Below, in pieces: positions 47,405-54,706 of a stretch of DNA of 64,000 bases (positions are counted from its first letter, which is position 1; every line of letters starts with the position of its first letter). The stretch is taken from positions 32,001 to 96,000 of the IMG/VR virus record IMGVR_UViG_3300045120_000483, one strand, 5' to 3'. A program made the translations under genes and the position numbers. The DNA is from a virus. The notes under the pieces are model-generated. The model saw only the letters and a list, made by a program, of their open reading frames with translations. It did not search any database and had not been told where the DNA came from.

Positions 47405-47729
47405 GGTACGAAATGCAGCTTCGAAAGAAAAATAAGTTACCACCCCACGTTGTCCCGGTGCATCCAGCATTTGGAGATATTCGGGCTTGGCAAACTCAGA
47501 CTCATGAATATTGGATTCACCCTACAAAGGGATTGCGAAAAAGAAGGAAATAAGGCATCCAGCCTTAATTGAAAAACTAAATAGAGGACTAGGTGAACTA
47601 GTTCTTGACATCATGAAATAAAATCTTATATAAGGGTACGATGAAAAACGCCTGTTCCATAAAAGTCAATACGAACCCCGCCCAAAAGCGGGGAGAGCGG
47701 ACGTTTTCGAAGTATACTATTTAACTTTT

Positions 47730-47894
47730 CGGTTGGATCAATCCGGTCCTTCCGCAAAGGAGGGACGAAAGAGATCACAAATCTCCCAATCCCTGTTTAA
47801 GACGTGGAAATAGGGAAATCCATTACATAAAAGCCCTCACCGGATAGACACAAAAGAATACGAATTGTGTTTATTTTTTCGGACGTGCCAACCG
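47730..47894 (+). ncRNA. unidentified multibranch structured RNA
   Basis: CGGTTGG/CCAACCG closes ATCCGGT/ACCGGAT and four hairpins; promoter at 47605. Confidence 0.5.
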
Positions 47895-48022
47895 CAATTT
47901 AAATTGCGCTGATAGGGTCATCTCTTGGGGCATACGGATAGAAACGGGTTCGTGTTCAAATTGAAATGGTAAAGCGCGGCTCCGACGCTAGTATCGGGCA
48001 ACAATTACAATTCAGAGGGATT

Positions 48023-48778
48023 ATGCATAAGTTCTGGAAATCGGTTGAAAAGAACTTTAACGTTCAAGACTTGAACAATTTCAAGAATTGGGAGGATGTC
48101 CGCAAGATACCCCTTTACATTGAGCGGGACTGGGTTGACGGCTATTACCCGGACGTAAAGGCGATGATCGAAACCAACCCCAACAAGGATTGGGAGAAGG
48201 TCTATTTAGAACCGGCTCTGGGACATACGCCGGAAAGCCTGCTTCAGGCGGAATTTATTTTTGAAGGAAAAATCAGATCGACAGGTTTCCGGTTGAAGTC
48301 CATGCATCATGGACTGACCTATGAAACGTTAGCCGGTAAATCGCTCCTCAATTATGATATGATAATTGAGTTTGGGGCGGGTATCGGAGAGTTAGCAAAA
48401 ACAATTTTTGAGTTGGGTTATGGGGGTCGCTATGTTGTCGTGGACCTTCCGGTAATATCTCAGATTTCCAGTTTCTATAATAACGGGATGACGGAGAGCG
48501 TTTCCTCAATTGACCAGATTCTTGGTATCCCGAAGAATACGTTGTTTATCGCAACGTGGTCACTCTCCGAAACTCCCTTTGGAGTCCGTAAGGTGGTGGC
48601 CGAAACTATCAAAGGTATGGACCAGTTGATTCTCTTTCAGAAGAGCTTTTTTGAGATTGAGAATTTTGAATATTTTACGGAAGAGTGGCCCCTTCTAACT
48701 AACACCTTCTTCCGGCTCAAGAAGATTTGGTTTCATGAACATCAGAACGGAAACTATTACTTAGTTTGTAAGTCGTGA
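48023..48778 (+). CDS. putative sugar O-methyltransferase-like protein
   Basis: IIEFGAG.G, Y..VDLP, FIATWSLSE. Confidence 0.7.
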   Translation: MHKFWKSVEKNFNVQDLNNFKNWEDVRKIPLYIERDWVDGYYPDVKAMIETNPNKDWEKVYLEPALGHTPESLLQAEFIFEGKIRSTGFRLKSMHHGLTYETLAGKSLLNYDMIIEFGAGIGELAKTIFELGYGGRYVVVDLPVISQISSFYNNGMTESVSSIDQILGIPKNTLFIATWSLSETPFGVRKVVAETIKGMDQLILFQKSFFEIENFEYFTEEWPLLTNTFFRLKKIWFHEHQNGNYYLVCKS

Positions 48779-48932
48779 GAGGGCGTCGTCTTGTCGGTTG
48801 GTTTCTTCCATTGTTACCCAATCGGCGGTCATCCGGCAGAGAGAGGATGATAAATGTAAGGGGACAAAAGGTATTTCTCCGGAGTTGTGTATGTTGAAGT
48901 AAACGGAGAGTGTATAGTACAAACTCCCTTAT

Positions 48933-49007
48933 GCTAGTTTAGCTTAAATGGTAGAGCATCTGATTCGTATCCAGATAGGTTCCTTTTCGATAAGGAAACT
49001 AGCACCA
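48933..49007 (+). tRNA. tRNA-Thr(CGT), atypical T arm
   Basis: Cloverleaf GCTAGTT/AACTAGC, loop TTCGTAT, CCA. Confidence 0.75.
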
Positions 49008-49014
49008 ATTTAAT

Positions 49015-49090
49015 GCCGATTTATCCTTAGTGGTTAAAGGTCTGCCCTTGTAACGCAGGTACGCGGGTTCGATTCCTGCAATCGGCTCCA
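49015..49090 (+). tRNA. tRNA-Thr(TGT)
   Basis: GCCGATT/AATCGGC, loop CTTGTAA, TTCGATT, CCA. Confidence 0.88.
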
Positions 49091-49097
49091 GTTCAAT

Positions 49098-49173
49098 GGG
49101 ATCATAGTTTAGCGGTCAGAATCCCGCCCTTTCAAGGCGTGAGACCGGGGTTCGAATCCCCGTGGTCCTACCA
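49098..49173 (+). tRNA. tRNA-Glu(TTC)
   Basis: Loop CTTTCAA, TTCGAAT, CCA. Confidence 0.9.
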
Positions 49174-49206
49174 TTCGAAGAAATGCATGAAATCATAAAT
49201 ACTTTC

Positions 49207-49569
49207 ATGCGTAATCAAATTAAATTAAAAGAATACAATCGACAACATTATTTGAAAATTCGGGTTTATCGTCGTGATGAAGTATTGGACCGTCAGCGTT
49301 TTATTAGAGGCAGAGTTAGGGAACTTAAAGTTGAACTTGGGTGTTCGCTTTGTGGATACAATAAATGTGCCAGGGCTCTCCAATTTCATCATTTAAGTGG
49401 AAAAGATGAAAATGTAGCAAGAATGGCGGCTCAAGGAAGATCGATGAAGAGAATTCTTGAAGAGATAGATAAGTGTGTTTGTGTATGTGCTAATTGTCAT
49501 GCTGAATTACATGATGAAAAAGAGAAAAATAAAGCTCCGAAAGCTAACTTAGTAGAAGCGCCAGTCTGA
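49207..49569 (+). CDS. HNH homing endonuclease within the tRNA cluster
   Basis: GC..CGY..C..ALQFHH..K..EI.KC...CANCHAE.H; 3' end overlaps tRNA-Phe. Confidence 0.85.
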   Translation: MRNQIKLKEYNRQHYLKIRVYRRDEVLDRQRFIRGRVRELKVELGCSLCGYNKCARALQFHHLSGKDENVARMAAQGRSMKRILEEIDKCVCVCANCHAELHDEKEKNKAPKANLVEAPV

Positions 49570-49609
49570 AGAATTGGATGAGTGGGGGCGGAACCTACAC
49601 GGGGCACCA
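49534..49609 (+). tRNA. tRNA-Phe(GAA), T-loop GGCGGAA
   Basis: Cloverleaf, loop CTGAAGA, CCA. Confidence 0.8.
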
Positions 49610-49613
49610 TTTT

Positions 49614-49707
49614 TGATCGGTAGCTTAAGCAAAGCGTATCTCACCAAAGGCCATACTGTGGTTTTTGGGGAGGTAAGATGGAGGTCCAAGCCCTCCCTGA
49701 TCAGCCA
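49614..49707 (+). ncRNA. tRNA-like RNA with a 17-bp arm in place of the anticodon arm
   Basis: Acceptor TGATCGG/CTGATCA+GCCA, D arm GCTT/AAGC, T arm GGAGG/CCTCC. Confidence 0.7.
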
Positions 49708-49712
49708 ATTTA

Positions 49713-49785
49713 TGTCCGATGTAGCTTAAGCGTAAAGCAGACCTCCAAGGGAGGATCGTTGAGGGTTCAAGCCCCTCCCGGGCAG
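49713..49785 (+). ncRNA. tRNA-like RNA without an anticodon loop or CCA
   Basis: D arm GCTT/AAGC, CCTCC-AAG-GGAGG arm, T arm GAGGG TTCAAGC CCCTC. Confidence 0.55.
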
Positions 49786-49849
49786 AAACAAAACCGTGTA
49801 AGCCGGTGGCAAAGAGCGGGTTATCCCGCCGCTAGCTAAATCATTTTAA

Positions 49850-49923
49850 CGCGGGGTAGAGGAGTAGTTCCTTGCCAGCCTCATAAGCTGGAGACATCGG
49901 TGCAAGTCCGGTCCACGCAACCA
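49850..49923 (+). tRNA. initiator-type tRNA-Met(CAT)
   Basis: C1:A72 mismatch, loop CTCATAA, CCA; lacks the three G-C pairs in the anticodon stem. Confidence 0.85.
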
Positions 49924-49928
49924 TTAAT

Positions 49929-50012
49929 GGGCAAGGCGCGGTCTGGGAACCCAGAGAGTCTGTAAAACTCACGCTTATAGCTAGAGAGGTTCGATTCCTC
50001 TTTTGCCCACCA
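49929..50012 (+). tRNA. tRNA-Tyr(GTA)
   Basis: Loop CTGTAAA, long variable arm, CCA. Confidence 0.85.
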
Positions 50013-50013
50013 T

Positions 50014-50092
50014 TTTCTACTCAGGTTCGAATCCTGACGTTCAAGGACAGTCTATAGGCGAACGAACACTTGCGGAGATCGGTCAGTAGAAA
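50014..50092 (+). ncRNA. permuted tRNA-like RNA candidate (T arm first)
   Basis: TTTCTAC/GTAGAAA stem encloses TCAGG TTCGAAT CCTGA, then CGTTC/GAACG. Confidence 0.5.
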
Positions 50093-50101
50093 TTCATTTA
50101 T

Positions 50102-50178
50102 GGGACTGTAGCTCAATTGGGAGAGCAACGCTTTTGCAAAGCGAAGGTTGTGGGTTCAAGTCCCACCTGTTTCCACCA
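50102..50178 (+). tRNA. tRNA-Ala(TGC), irregular acceptor stem
   Basis: Loop TTTGCAA, G3-U70, CCA. Confidence 0.8.
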
Positions 50179-50182
50179 TTAT

Positions 50183-50243
50183 GGAGGGGTACCGGCCGCC
50201 TCCGGATACGCTGGTCTCAAAGACCGTGAAAAGACCTCCACCA
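50183..50243 (+). ncRNA. CCA-ended mini-RNA, copy 1
   Basis: GGAGG/CCTCC+ACCA with two internal hairpins; homologous to 60553-60608. Confidence 0.65.
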
Positions 50244-50267
50244 AATTCTTATTATGGGAGAAAAGGA

Positions 50268-50711
50268 ATGAACTGGACGGATAATTATCCAGAGTTTACG
50301 GATACAGCTAATTGCTTTATACGGGCAACTAGTATAGCCCTAGAGAAATCATATGAAGACTCTTACAAAGAAGTTTCATTTCTCATTGAAAAGAATAATG
50401 ATCCGCCAGTGAGCCCCAATCAGGGTGTATATCTAGATGTTATGATTAACTACATGGAATCAGTAGGTTGGAAATGGAATGGAGTATCCCTCTACAGACC
50501 ACAACGAAATGATGTTTTAGTGGGGGGTTATCTCAGGGATGTCCCCAAAAAAGGTTGTTTCGTTGTCCTAATTTTTCTTCCTGATTTGAAACAACCGAAA
50601 CAACGTTATGATGGTCATGCCCTTGCTGTAATTGATGGCACTATTCATGAACATTCTGTTTTTAAAAAAGTTTTTGATGAGCACGCCCCTTTGTGGGGAT
50701 ATTTCTCATAG
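50268..50711 (+). CDS. hypothetical protein (possible C39-like Cys/His peptidase fold)
   Basis: NCFIRA.SIAL..Y and GH..AVIDG. Confidence 0.6.
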   Translation: MNWTDNYPEFTDTANCFIRATSIALEKSYEDSYKEVSFLIEKNNDPPVSPNQGVYLDVMINYMESVGWKWNGVSLYRPQRNDVLVGGYLRDVPKKGCFVVLIFLPDLKQPKQRYDGHALAVIDGTIHEHSVFKKVFDEHAPLWGYFS

Positions 50712-50729
50712 CAAAGTTTCCACCATTTC

Positions 50730-50804
50730 GCCTCTGTATTTTTAATGGTAGAAGTCATTCTTGGTACGAATGGAGATGGCGTTCGATTCGCCACTGAGGC
50801 ACCA
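50730..50804 (+). tRNA. tRNA-Thr(GGT)
   Basis: Loop TTGGTAC, TTCGATT, CCA. Confidence 0.85.
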
Positions 50805-50912
50805 TAGAAAAAGGAAAAGTTCAGAAGTAGGCAAGGGGGCTAGCCTCCGGTCGGTACTCTAGACCGGTGACCAACACAAATCGTTGGTCTGATAAATGGC
50901 CCTCAAATTTAA

Positions 50913-50996
50913 GGTGGATGGGGTCCAAGGTGGACACACGGCTTTGAATACCGTCCCTCCGAAAGGATGAGAGTTCGATTCTTTCATCCACCGCCA
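50913..50996 (+). tRNA. tRNA-Ser(TGA)
   Basis: Long variable arm, G73, loop TTTGAAT. Confidence 0.8.
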
Positions 50997-50998
50997 GT

Positions 50999-51115
50999 TT
51001 CTTCGAAGATCACTGTAGTAGGTGTGGGTTCATGTTCCTTCTAGACTATAAGGAGCTAGCCGTACTAACAGGTGTCTAGACCGATGTGGGCGATAATGTT
51101 AACCTTTCGAAGAAT
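50999..51115 (+). ncRNA. unidentified structured RNA between tRNAs
   Basis: TTCTTCGAAG/TTTCGAAGAA closing stem with internal helices. Confidence 0.5.
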
Positions 51116-51121
51116 TCAATT

Positions 51122-51203
51122 GCAGATATGGTGAAATGGAAAACACACTACGCTTAGAACGTAGCGCGAAAGCTTGCGGGTTCAAGTCCTGCTATCTGCA
51201 CCA
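51122..51203 (+). tRNA. tRNA-Leu(TAG)
   Basis: Class II cloverleaf, loop CTTAGAA, CCA. Confidence 0.92.
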
Positions 51204-51232
51204 TAAATACTAAAAAAACAGAGGAAAATGAA

Positions 51233-52078
51233 ATGAAAAAATTGAGAGAAATCCTGAATGAAAAATTTATTAAAGATATGTCCTCTGTGGAACATAAGAG
51301 ACATCGACAATCTGAAGCTGAAGGGAGCCAGTGGCATCAGGATCACCCCGTAAGTCATGAAAATATAATCAATCATTTTAATGCTGCCACTTCGGAGGAG
51401 CATCATAATGGGATGAGTTGGTATAAAGATGCTCATCATACGATGAAGGCTTTAGCTCATGACACCAAAACTCCCCATCATCAGATGGCGGGTCTAATTT
51501 CAAATTATTCGCCCCAGACACATTGGTTTACAAATATCCATACTGCCGCAAAAGTTGCCCGGGAGAAGAAAGCTGTGGGCGGCCCCGGATCAGGAGTTTT
51601 TGCTTCAGGTCAACAAAAACATGCTGCACATAGGATGTTGCAGGGGGAACATTATAATAACGTTCTTGTTGGACATAAGGTGAGACATTTTGCTCATTTA
51701 ATTGAGCATGGGGGCAATGAACATCCCGATCACCCCCATGTTGTGTTGGATCGTCATGCACATTCGGTGGCATCAGGAAGCCGTATTACTGATGCGGCAT
51801 TTAGTCAAGCCGGACTCAAATCCAAGAAAAAATATGCTGATATGAGTAATGCCTATATAAAAGCGGCTCATCATCTATCGGAAATTCACAAACAAACAAT
51901 TCATCCTCATCAAGTTCAGGCTGTAACTTGGCTGGTACGTCAACGGTTGAATGCTCAAGAAGATAAAGGGCAGGCGAAAAACAAAAGTAATAAGGCAAAA
52001 GATACATGGCACAAATATGCGGAGGAACATCATCCAAGTGTGATTGGTCAAGAGCCCGGAACAGGTTATGGCCATTGA
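51233..52078 (+). CDS. late protein with capsid-targeting-like N-terminus; putative HhH-glycosylase-like fold
   Basis: TAAATA at 51204; MKKLREILNE; WY..A, SPQ..W..N, KV..F, V.DRHA, QVQAVTW. Confidence 0.6.
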   Translation: MKKLREILNEKFIKDMSSVEHKRHRQSEAEGSQWHQDHPVSHENIINHFNAATSEEHHNGMSWYKDAHHTMKALAHDTKTPHHQMAGLISNYSPQTHWFTNIHTAAKVAREKKAVGGPGSGVFASGQQKHAAHRMLQGEHYNNVLVGHKVRHFAHLIEHGGNEHPDHPHVVLDRHAHSVASGSRITDAAFSQAGLKSKKKYADMSNAYIKAAHHLSEIHKQTIHPHQVQAVTWLVRQRLNAQEDKGQAKNKSNKAKDTWHKYAEEHHPSVIGQEPGTGYGH

Positions 52079-52087
52079 TTCAACTAA

Positions 52088-52163
52088 GCTTCACTAGCCC
52101 AGCGGTAGAGGCAGCAGATTTAAATCCTGTTAAGGCCGGGTCCGAATCCCGGGTGAAGCACCA
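52088..52163 (+). tRNA. tRNA-Leu(TAA), short variable loop
   Basis: Loop TTTAAAT, A73, CCA. Confidence 0.82.
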
Positions 52164-52169
52164 TTTAAT

Positions 52170-52245
52170 GGCTCTTTAGACAAACCGGCATAGTCGCTTC
52201 CCTCAAAAAGAAGAGTTCTGGATTCGAATTCCAGGAGAGCTACCA
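52170..52245 (+). tRNA. tRNA-Leu(CAA), short variable loop
   Basis: Loop CTCAAAA, CCA. Confidence 0.82.
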
Positions 52246-52254
52246 AAATATCTC

Positions 52255-52283
52255 TTGACATGTTCTGACACTTTGGTTATCAT
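52255..52283 (+). promoter_or_regulatory. sigma70-type promoter
   Basis: TTGACA-17-TATCAT. Confidence 0.65.
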
Positions 52284-52348
52284 ATTGAAAGTGGATGGGA
52301 AGCGCGTTGTGTTTTCGTCTTTCAACAAAAGCGGTCCCGTCCATTCTT

Positions 52349-52434
52349 GTTCTTAATTGTGGAATACCTTGCTGTTCAAGGGCTTATGCAAGGGATAGAC
52401 TTTGTAAGAAGGCGGTATTCCACAGTTAAGAACA
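52349..52434 (+). ncRNA. structured RNA with a 21-bp stem and terminal junction
   Basis: TGTTCTTAATTGTGGAATACC/GGTATTCCACAGTTAAGAACA. Confidence 0.6.
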
Positions 52435-52435
52435 T

Positions 52436-52526
52436 GGTGTTCCTGGCTGGCTTAATCTAAGCTTCCCACAAGTCGCTTAGAACGTTTTGTGGAACGTAAG
52501 GAAGGGTTCGAATCTCTTCGACACCA
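52436..52526 (+). ncRNA. tRNA-like RNA with an elongated arm displaying a Leu(TAG) anticodon loop
   Basis: GGTGTT/GACACC, T arm GAAGGG TTCGAAT CTCTTC, arm ending CG-CTTAGAA-CG. Confidence 0.6.
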
Positions 52527-52606
52527 TCGTAATAAGAACGGGATGATATCTTAACCCGAATAACGGCGAATCCTTCGGAAAAGTCGTTTCGTTCTTTCTT
52601 TTTAAT

Positions 52607-52682
52607 GCCCCTTTAGCTCAGTGACCAGAGCGGTTGTTTTACATACAACGGGTCGGGAGTTTGATTCTCTCAAGGGGTACCA
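52607..52682 (+). tRNA. tRNA-Val(TAC)
   Basis: Loop TTTACAT, CCA. Confidence 0.9.
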
Positions 52683-52687
52683 GAGAT

Positions 52688-52885
52688 AACGGTGTTGTCG
52701 CACCGTAGCCCGGTTTGACGGGCTTAAAGGATAGCAGTAGCGATACTGTCAAAGTAAGGAAGCTTACAGCCTTACACCGGAGCAATCCGGCCCATTCAAG
52801 CAGGTCCGGTTCACCCGAAAGGGCAGTCATACTAGACTGTGGCGGGAAGCAGGACGATGAGGAGACAAGACCCGAAAGGGATAAG
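52688..52885 (+). ncRNA. about 200-nt multi-hairpin ncRNA
   Basis: At least eight hairpins, several with GNRA loops; no credible ORF; between two tRNAs. Confidence 0.55.
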
Positions 52886-52890
52886 AATAT

Positions 52891-52964
52891 AGCCTAGTGC
52901 CGGAATGGTTACGGGACCGCCTGCAAAGCGGGAGACAGGAGTTCGATCCTCCTCTAGGCTTCCA
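52891..52964 (+). tRNA. tRNA-Cys(GCA)
   Basis: Loop CTGCAAA, U73, CCA. Confidence 0.88.
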
Positions 52965-53076
52965 GCACACCGATGAAGATATTCGTAGCGTTGTGGACCC
53001 GTGGCGAACGAATAAAAATAAGGGAGCAAATTTCAGTACGCGACTGACCCACAAGTTAACGGTTTTCCAATAGAAT

Positions 53077-53151
53077 GCATCTTTAGCTCAGAGGAAGAGT
53101 GTCGCATCGACATTGCGAAGGTCCGGATATCGTAATTCCGAAGATGTACCA
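53077..53151 (+). tRNA. tRNA-Val(GAC)
   Basis: Loop TCGACAT, T-loop ATCGTAA, CCA. Confidence 0.82.
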
Positions 53152-53172
53152 CCTTAAACAAAAGGAAACATT

Positions 53173-53322
53173 ATGTTTGAAGCTCTGTTGATGACAATTT
53201 TAATTGCTGTTGTTATTGTGGTTATAGCGGAATGGTTTTCTCCGGATGCCCGTCTTACATGGATTGTTCGTTTGTTGGTTTTTGTTTGGTTGATTTACAA
53301 GCTTCTTCCGTTTTTGAAGTAA
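53173..53322 (+). CDS. small two-TM membrane protein (49 aa)
   Basis: Read by hand; AAGGA RBS. Confidence 0.55.
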   Translation: MFEALLMTILIAVVIVVIAEWFSPDARLTWIVRLLVFVWLIYKLLPFLK

Positions 53323-53329
53323 AGTTAAT

Positions 53330-53408
53330 GTGGGAGTAGGGGAGTCTGGCCGTCCCCTCTTGCCTTGGAAGCAAGAAATCGTGAGTTCGAATCTCACTTC
53401 CCGCACCA
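53330..53408 (+). tRNA. tRNA-Pro(TGG)
   Basis: Loop CTTGGAA, TTCGAAT, CCA. Confidence 0.9.
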
Positions 53409-53422
53409 TTTAGGAGTTGATA

Positions 53423-53611
53423 ATGTTTTGGAAAAGCCTTACACCCCCTGAAGCCGTTGAGTATTATAATCTTCTACAAAAGATTAGCATTTGGTCGGGC
53501 CACTGTGAGACTTGTCGAAAGGCAAAGTCTCCGGTACAAGAAGACTTGCGACCAACGGACCAAGAGTTTATGCGTTGGAATGAACTGTTCTGGAAATTTT
53601 GGACAAAATAA
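53423..53611 (+). CDS. hypothetical protein
   Basis: AGGAG RBS. Confidence 0.5.
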   Translation: MFWKSLTPPEAVEYYNLLQKISIWSGHCETCRKAKSPVQEDLRPTDQEFMRWNELFWKFWTK

Positions 53612-53651
53612 AACATAATTCTAGCTAATCGGAGAAGCGACGTTAGTTTAT

Positions 53652-53728
53652 GGGGGTATAGTTCAAAGGTAGAATAGGCGCTTGATAGGCGTTTGATCGT
53701 TCGGGTTCGATTCCCCGTATCCCTACCA
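53652..53728 (+). tRNA. tRNA-Ile(GAT)
   Basis: Loop TTGATAG, CCA. Confidence 0.85.
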
Positions 53729-53747
53729 GTTTTTTAAAAGCAATCGT

Positions 53748-54080
53748 CTATTTAGCGTCGTCTGGCGACGTGGAATAATCGTCTGGAGACAACTCCACAA
53801 GAGGTTGGGGTGGCGCTTCGGGAGTGTGCTCTGTCTGAATCCTAGCCATTGCCAGGGCATCGGAAGTTGATCGTAAAGTAAAAGCTAGCTTAGCTAGGTC
53901 TTTGTTATATTTACTAATACCGGCCTCAATGCCTTTGTCAATTTCTTTCTGGATGTCAACCCTGTCTTCTTGACAGTTTTTATAGTATAAATCGTCACAC
54001 TCCCGGTCCCTTCGGGCTAGTTCTCTATCATGCAGGATAATTGCTTCTAGGGTGGCGACGATCATTTGTCGAAAGTTCAT
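53748..54080 (-). CDS. late hypothetical protein
   Basis: TAAATA on the minus strand at about 54103; RBS. Confidence 0.55.
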   Translation of the reverse strand: MNFRQMIVATLEAIILHDRELARRDRECDDLYYKNCQEDRVDIQKEIDKGIEAGISKYNKDLAKLAFTLRSTSDALAMARIQTEHTPEAPPQPLVELSPDDYSTSPDDAK

Positions 54081-54148
54081 TTAATTTCCCTCTCTAAATC
54101 AATATTTATCGCTTGACATTCCTTATAATATAAAGTATCATTATTGGA

Positions 54149-54706
54149 ATGAATAGAGATTTTACCAGAATCAACGATGCCTGTATGTACGCCGGTCTGG
54201 CCCATGCATCCATTGGGCAGGTACGTAAGTACAGTAAAGAGTCCTATATCGTTCATCCCATGCGGGTTTGCCGCCTTCTTGATGAAGTGGGGGAAACCGA
54301 TGATGTTCTTATTGGCGCTCTTCTTCATGATGTGGTAGAAGATACGCCGATTACGTTGGCGGAAATTCAGGCCAAATTTGGGATGGAAATTGCCAAATAT
54401 GTGGAAGGGATGACAGATGTCTCTAAACCTGAGGATGGTAACAGAGCCGTTCGTAAAACGATTGATAGGGAGCATTCTTGGGAAGCGTGTGGAGAATCCC
54501 AGACGATCAAGTGTGCGGACCTTATCGACAACACAGAGGACATTACTTCCCACGATAAAGATTTCTCTCAGGTTTACCTCCGGGAAAAGAGACTACTTCT
54601 TCCGGGTCTGACCAAAGCCAATCCAGCCCTTATTCAAAAGGCCTGGGAGACATTGGAAGCCGCTGAAATCAAAATTTTTGGAATTATTCAAGGAGAAAGA
54701 ACATGA
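54149..54706 (+). CDS. HD-domain small alarmone hydrolase (SpoT/Mesh1-like)
   Basis: AH..Q.RK...YIVHP, ALLHDVVEDT, IK.AD..DN. Confidence 0.88.
   Translation: MNRDFTRINDACMYAGLAHASIGQVRKYSKESYIVHPMRVCRLLDEVGETDDVLIGALLHDVVEDTPITLAEIQAKFGMEIAKYVEGMTDVSKPEDGNRAVRKTIDREHSWEACGESQTIKCADLIDNTEDITSHDKDFSQVYLREKRLLLPGLTKANPALIQKAWETLEAAEIKIFGIIQGERT

Noticed and set aside
47905-47990. SAM-II riboswitch upstream of the methyltransferase (GCGCTGAT..AAGCGCG)
   Set aside because: It lacks the UUU loop and the GCUAAA 3' element, and the insert is too long.
52966-53065. Theta/HDV ribozyme 3' of tRNA-Cys
   Set aside because: I could not place the P1, P3, L3 and J4/2 consensus; kept only as an unassigned pseudoknot candidate.
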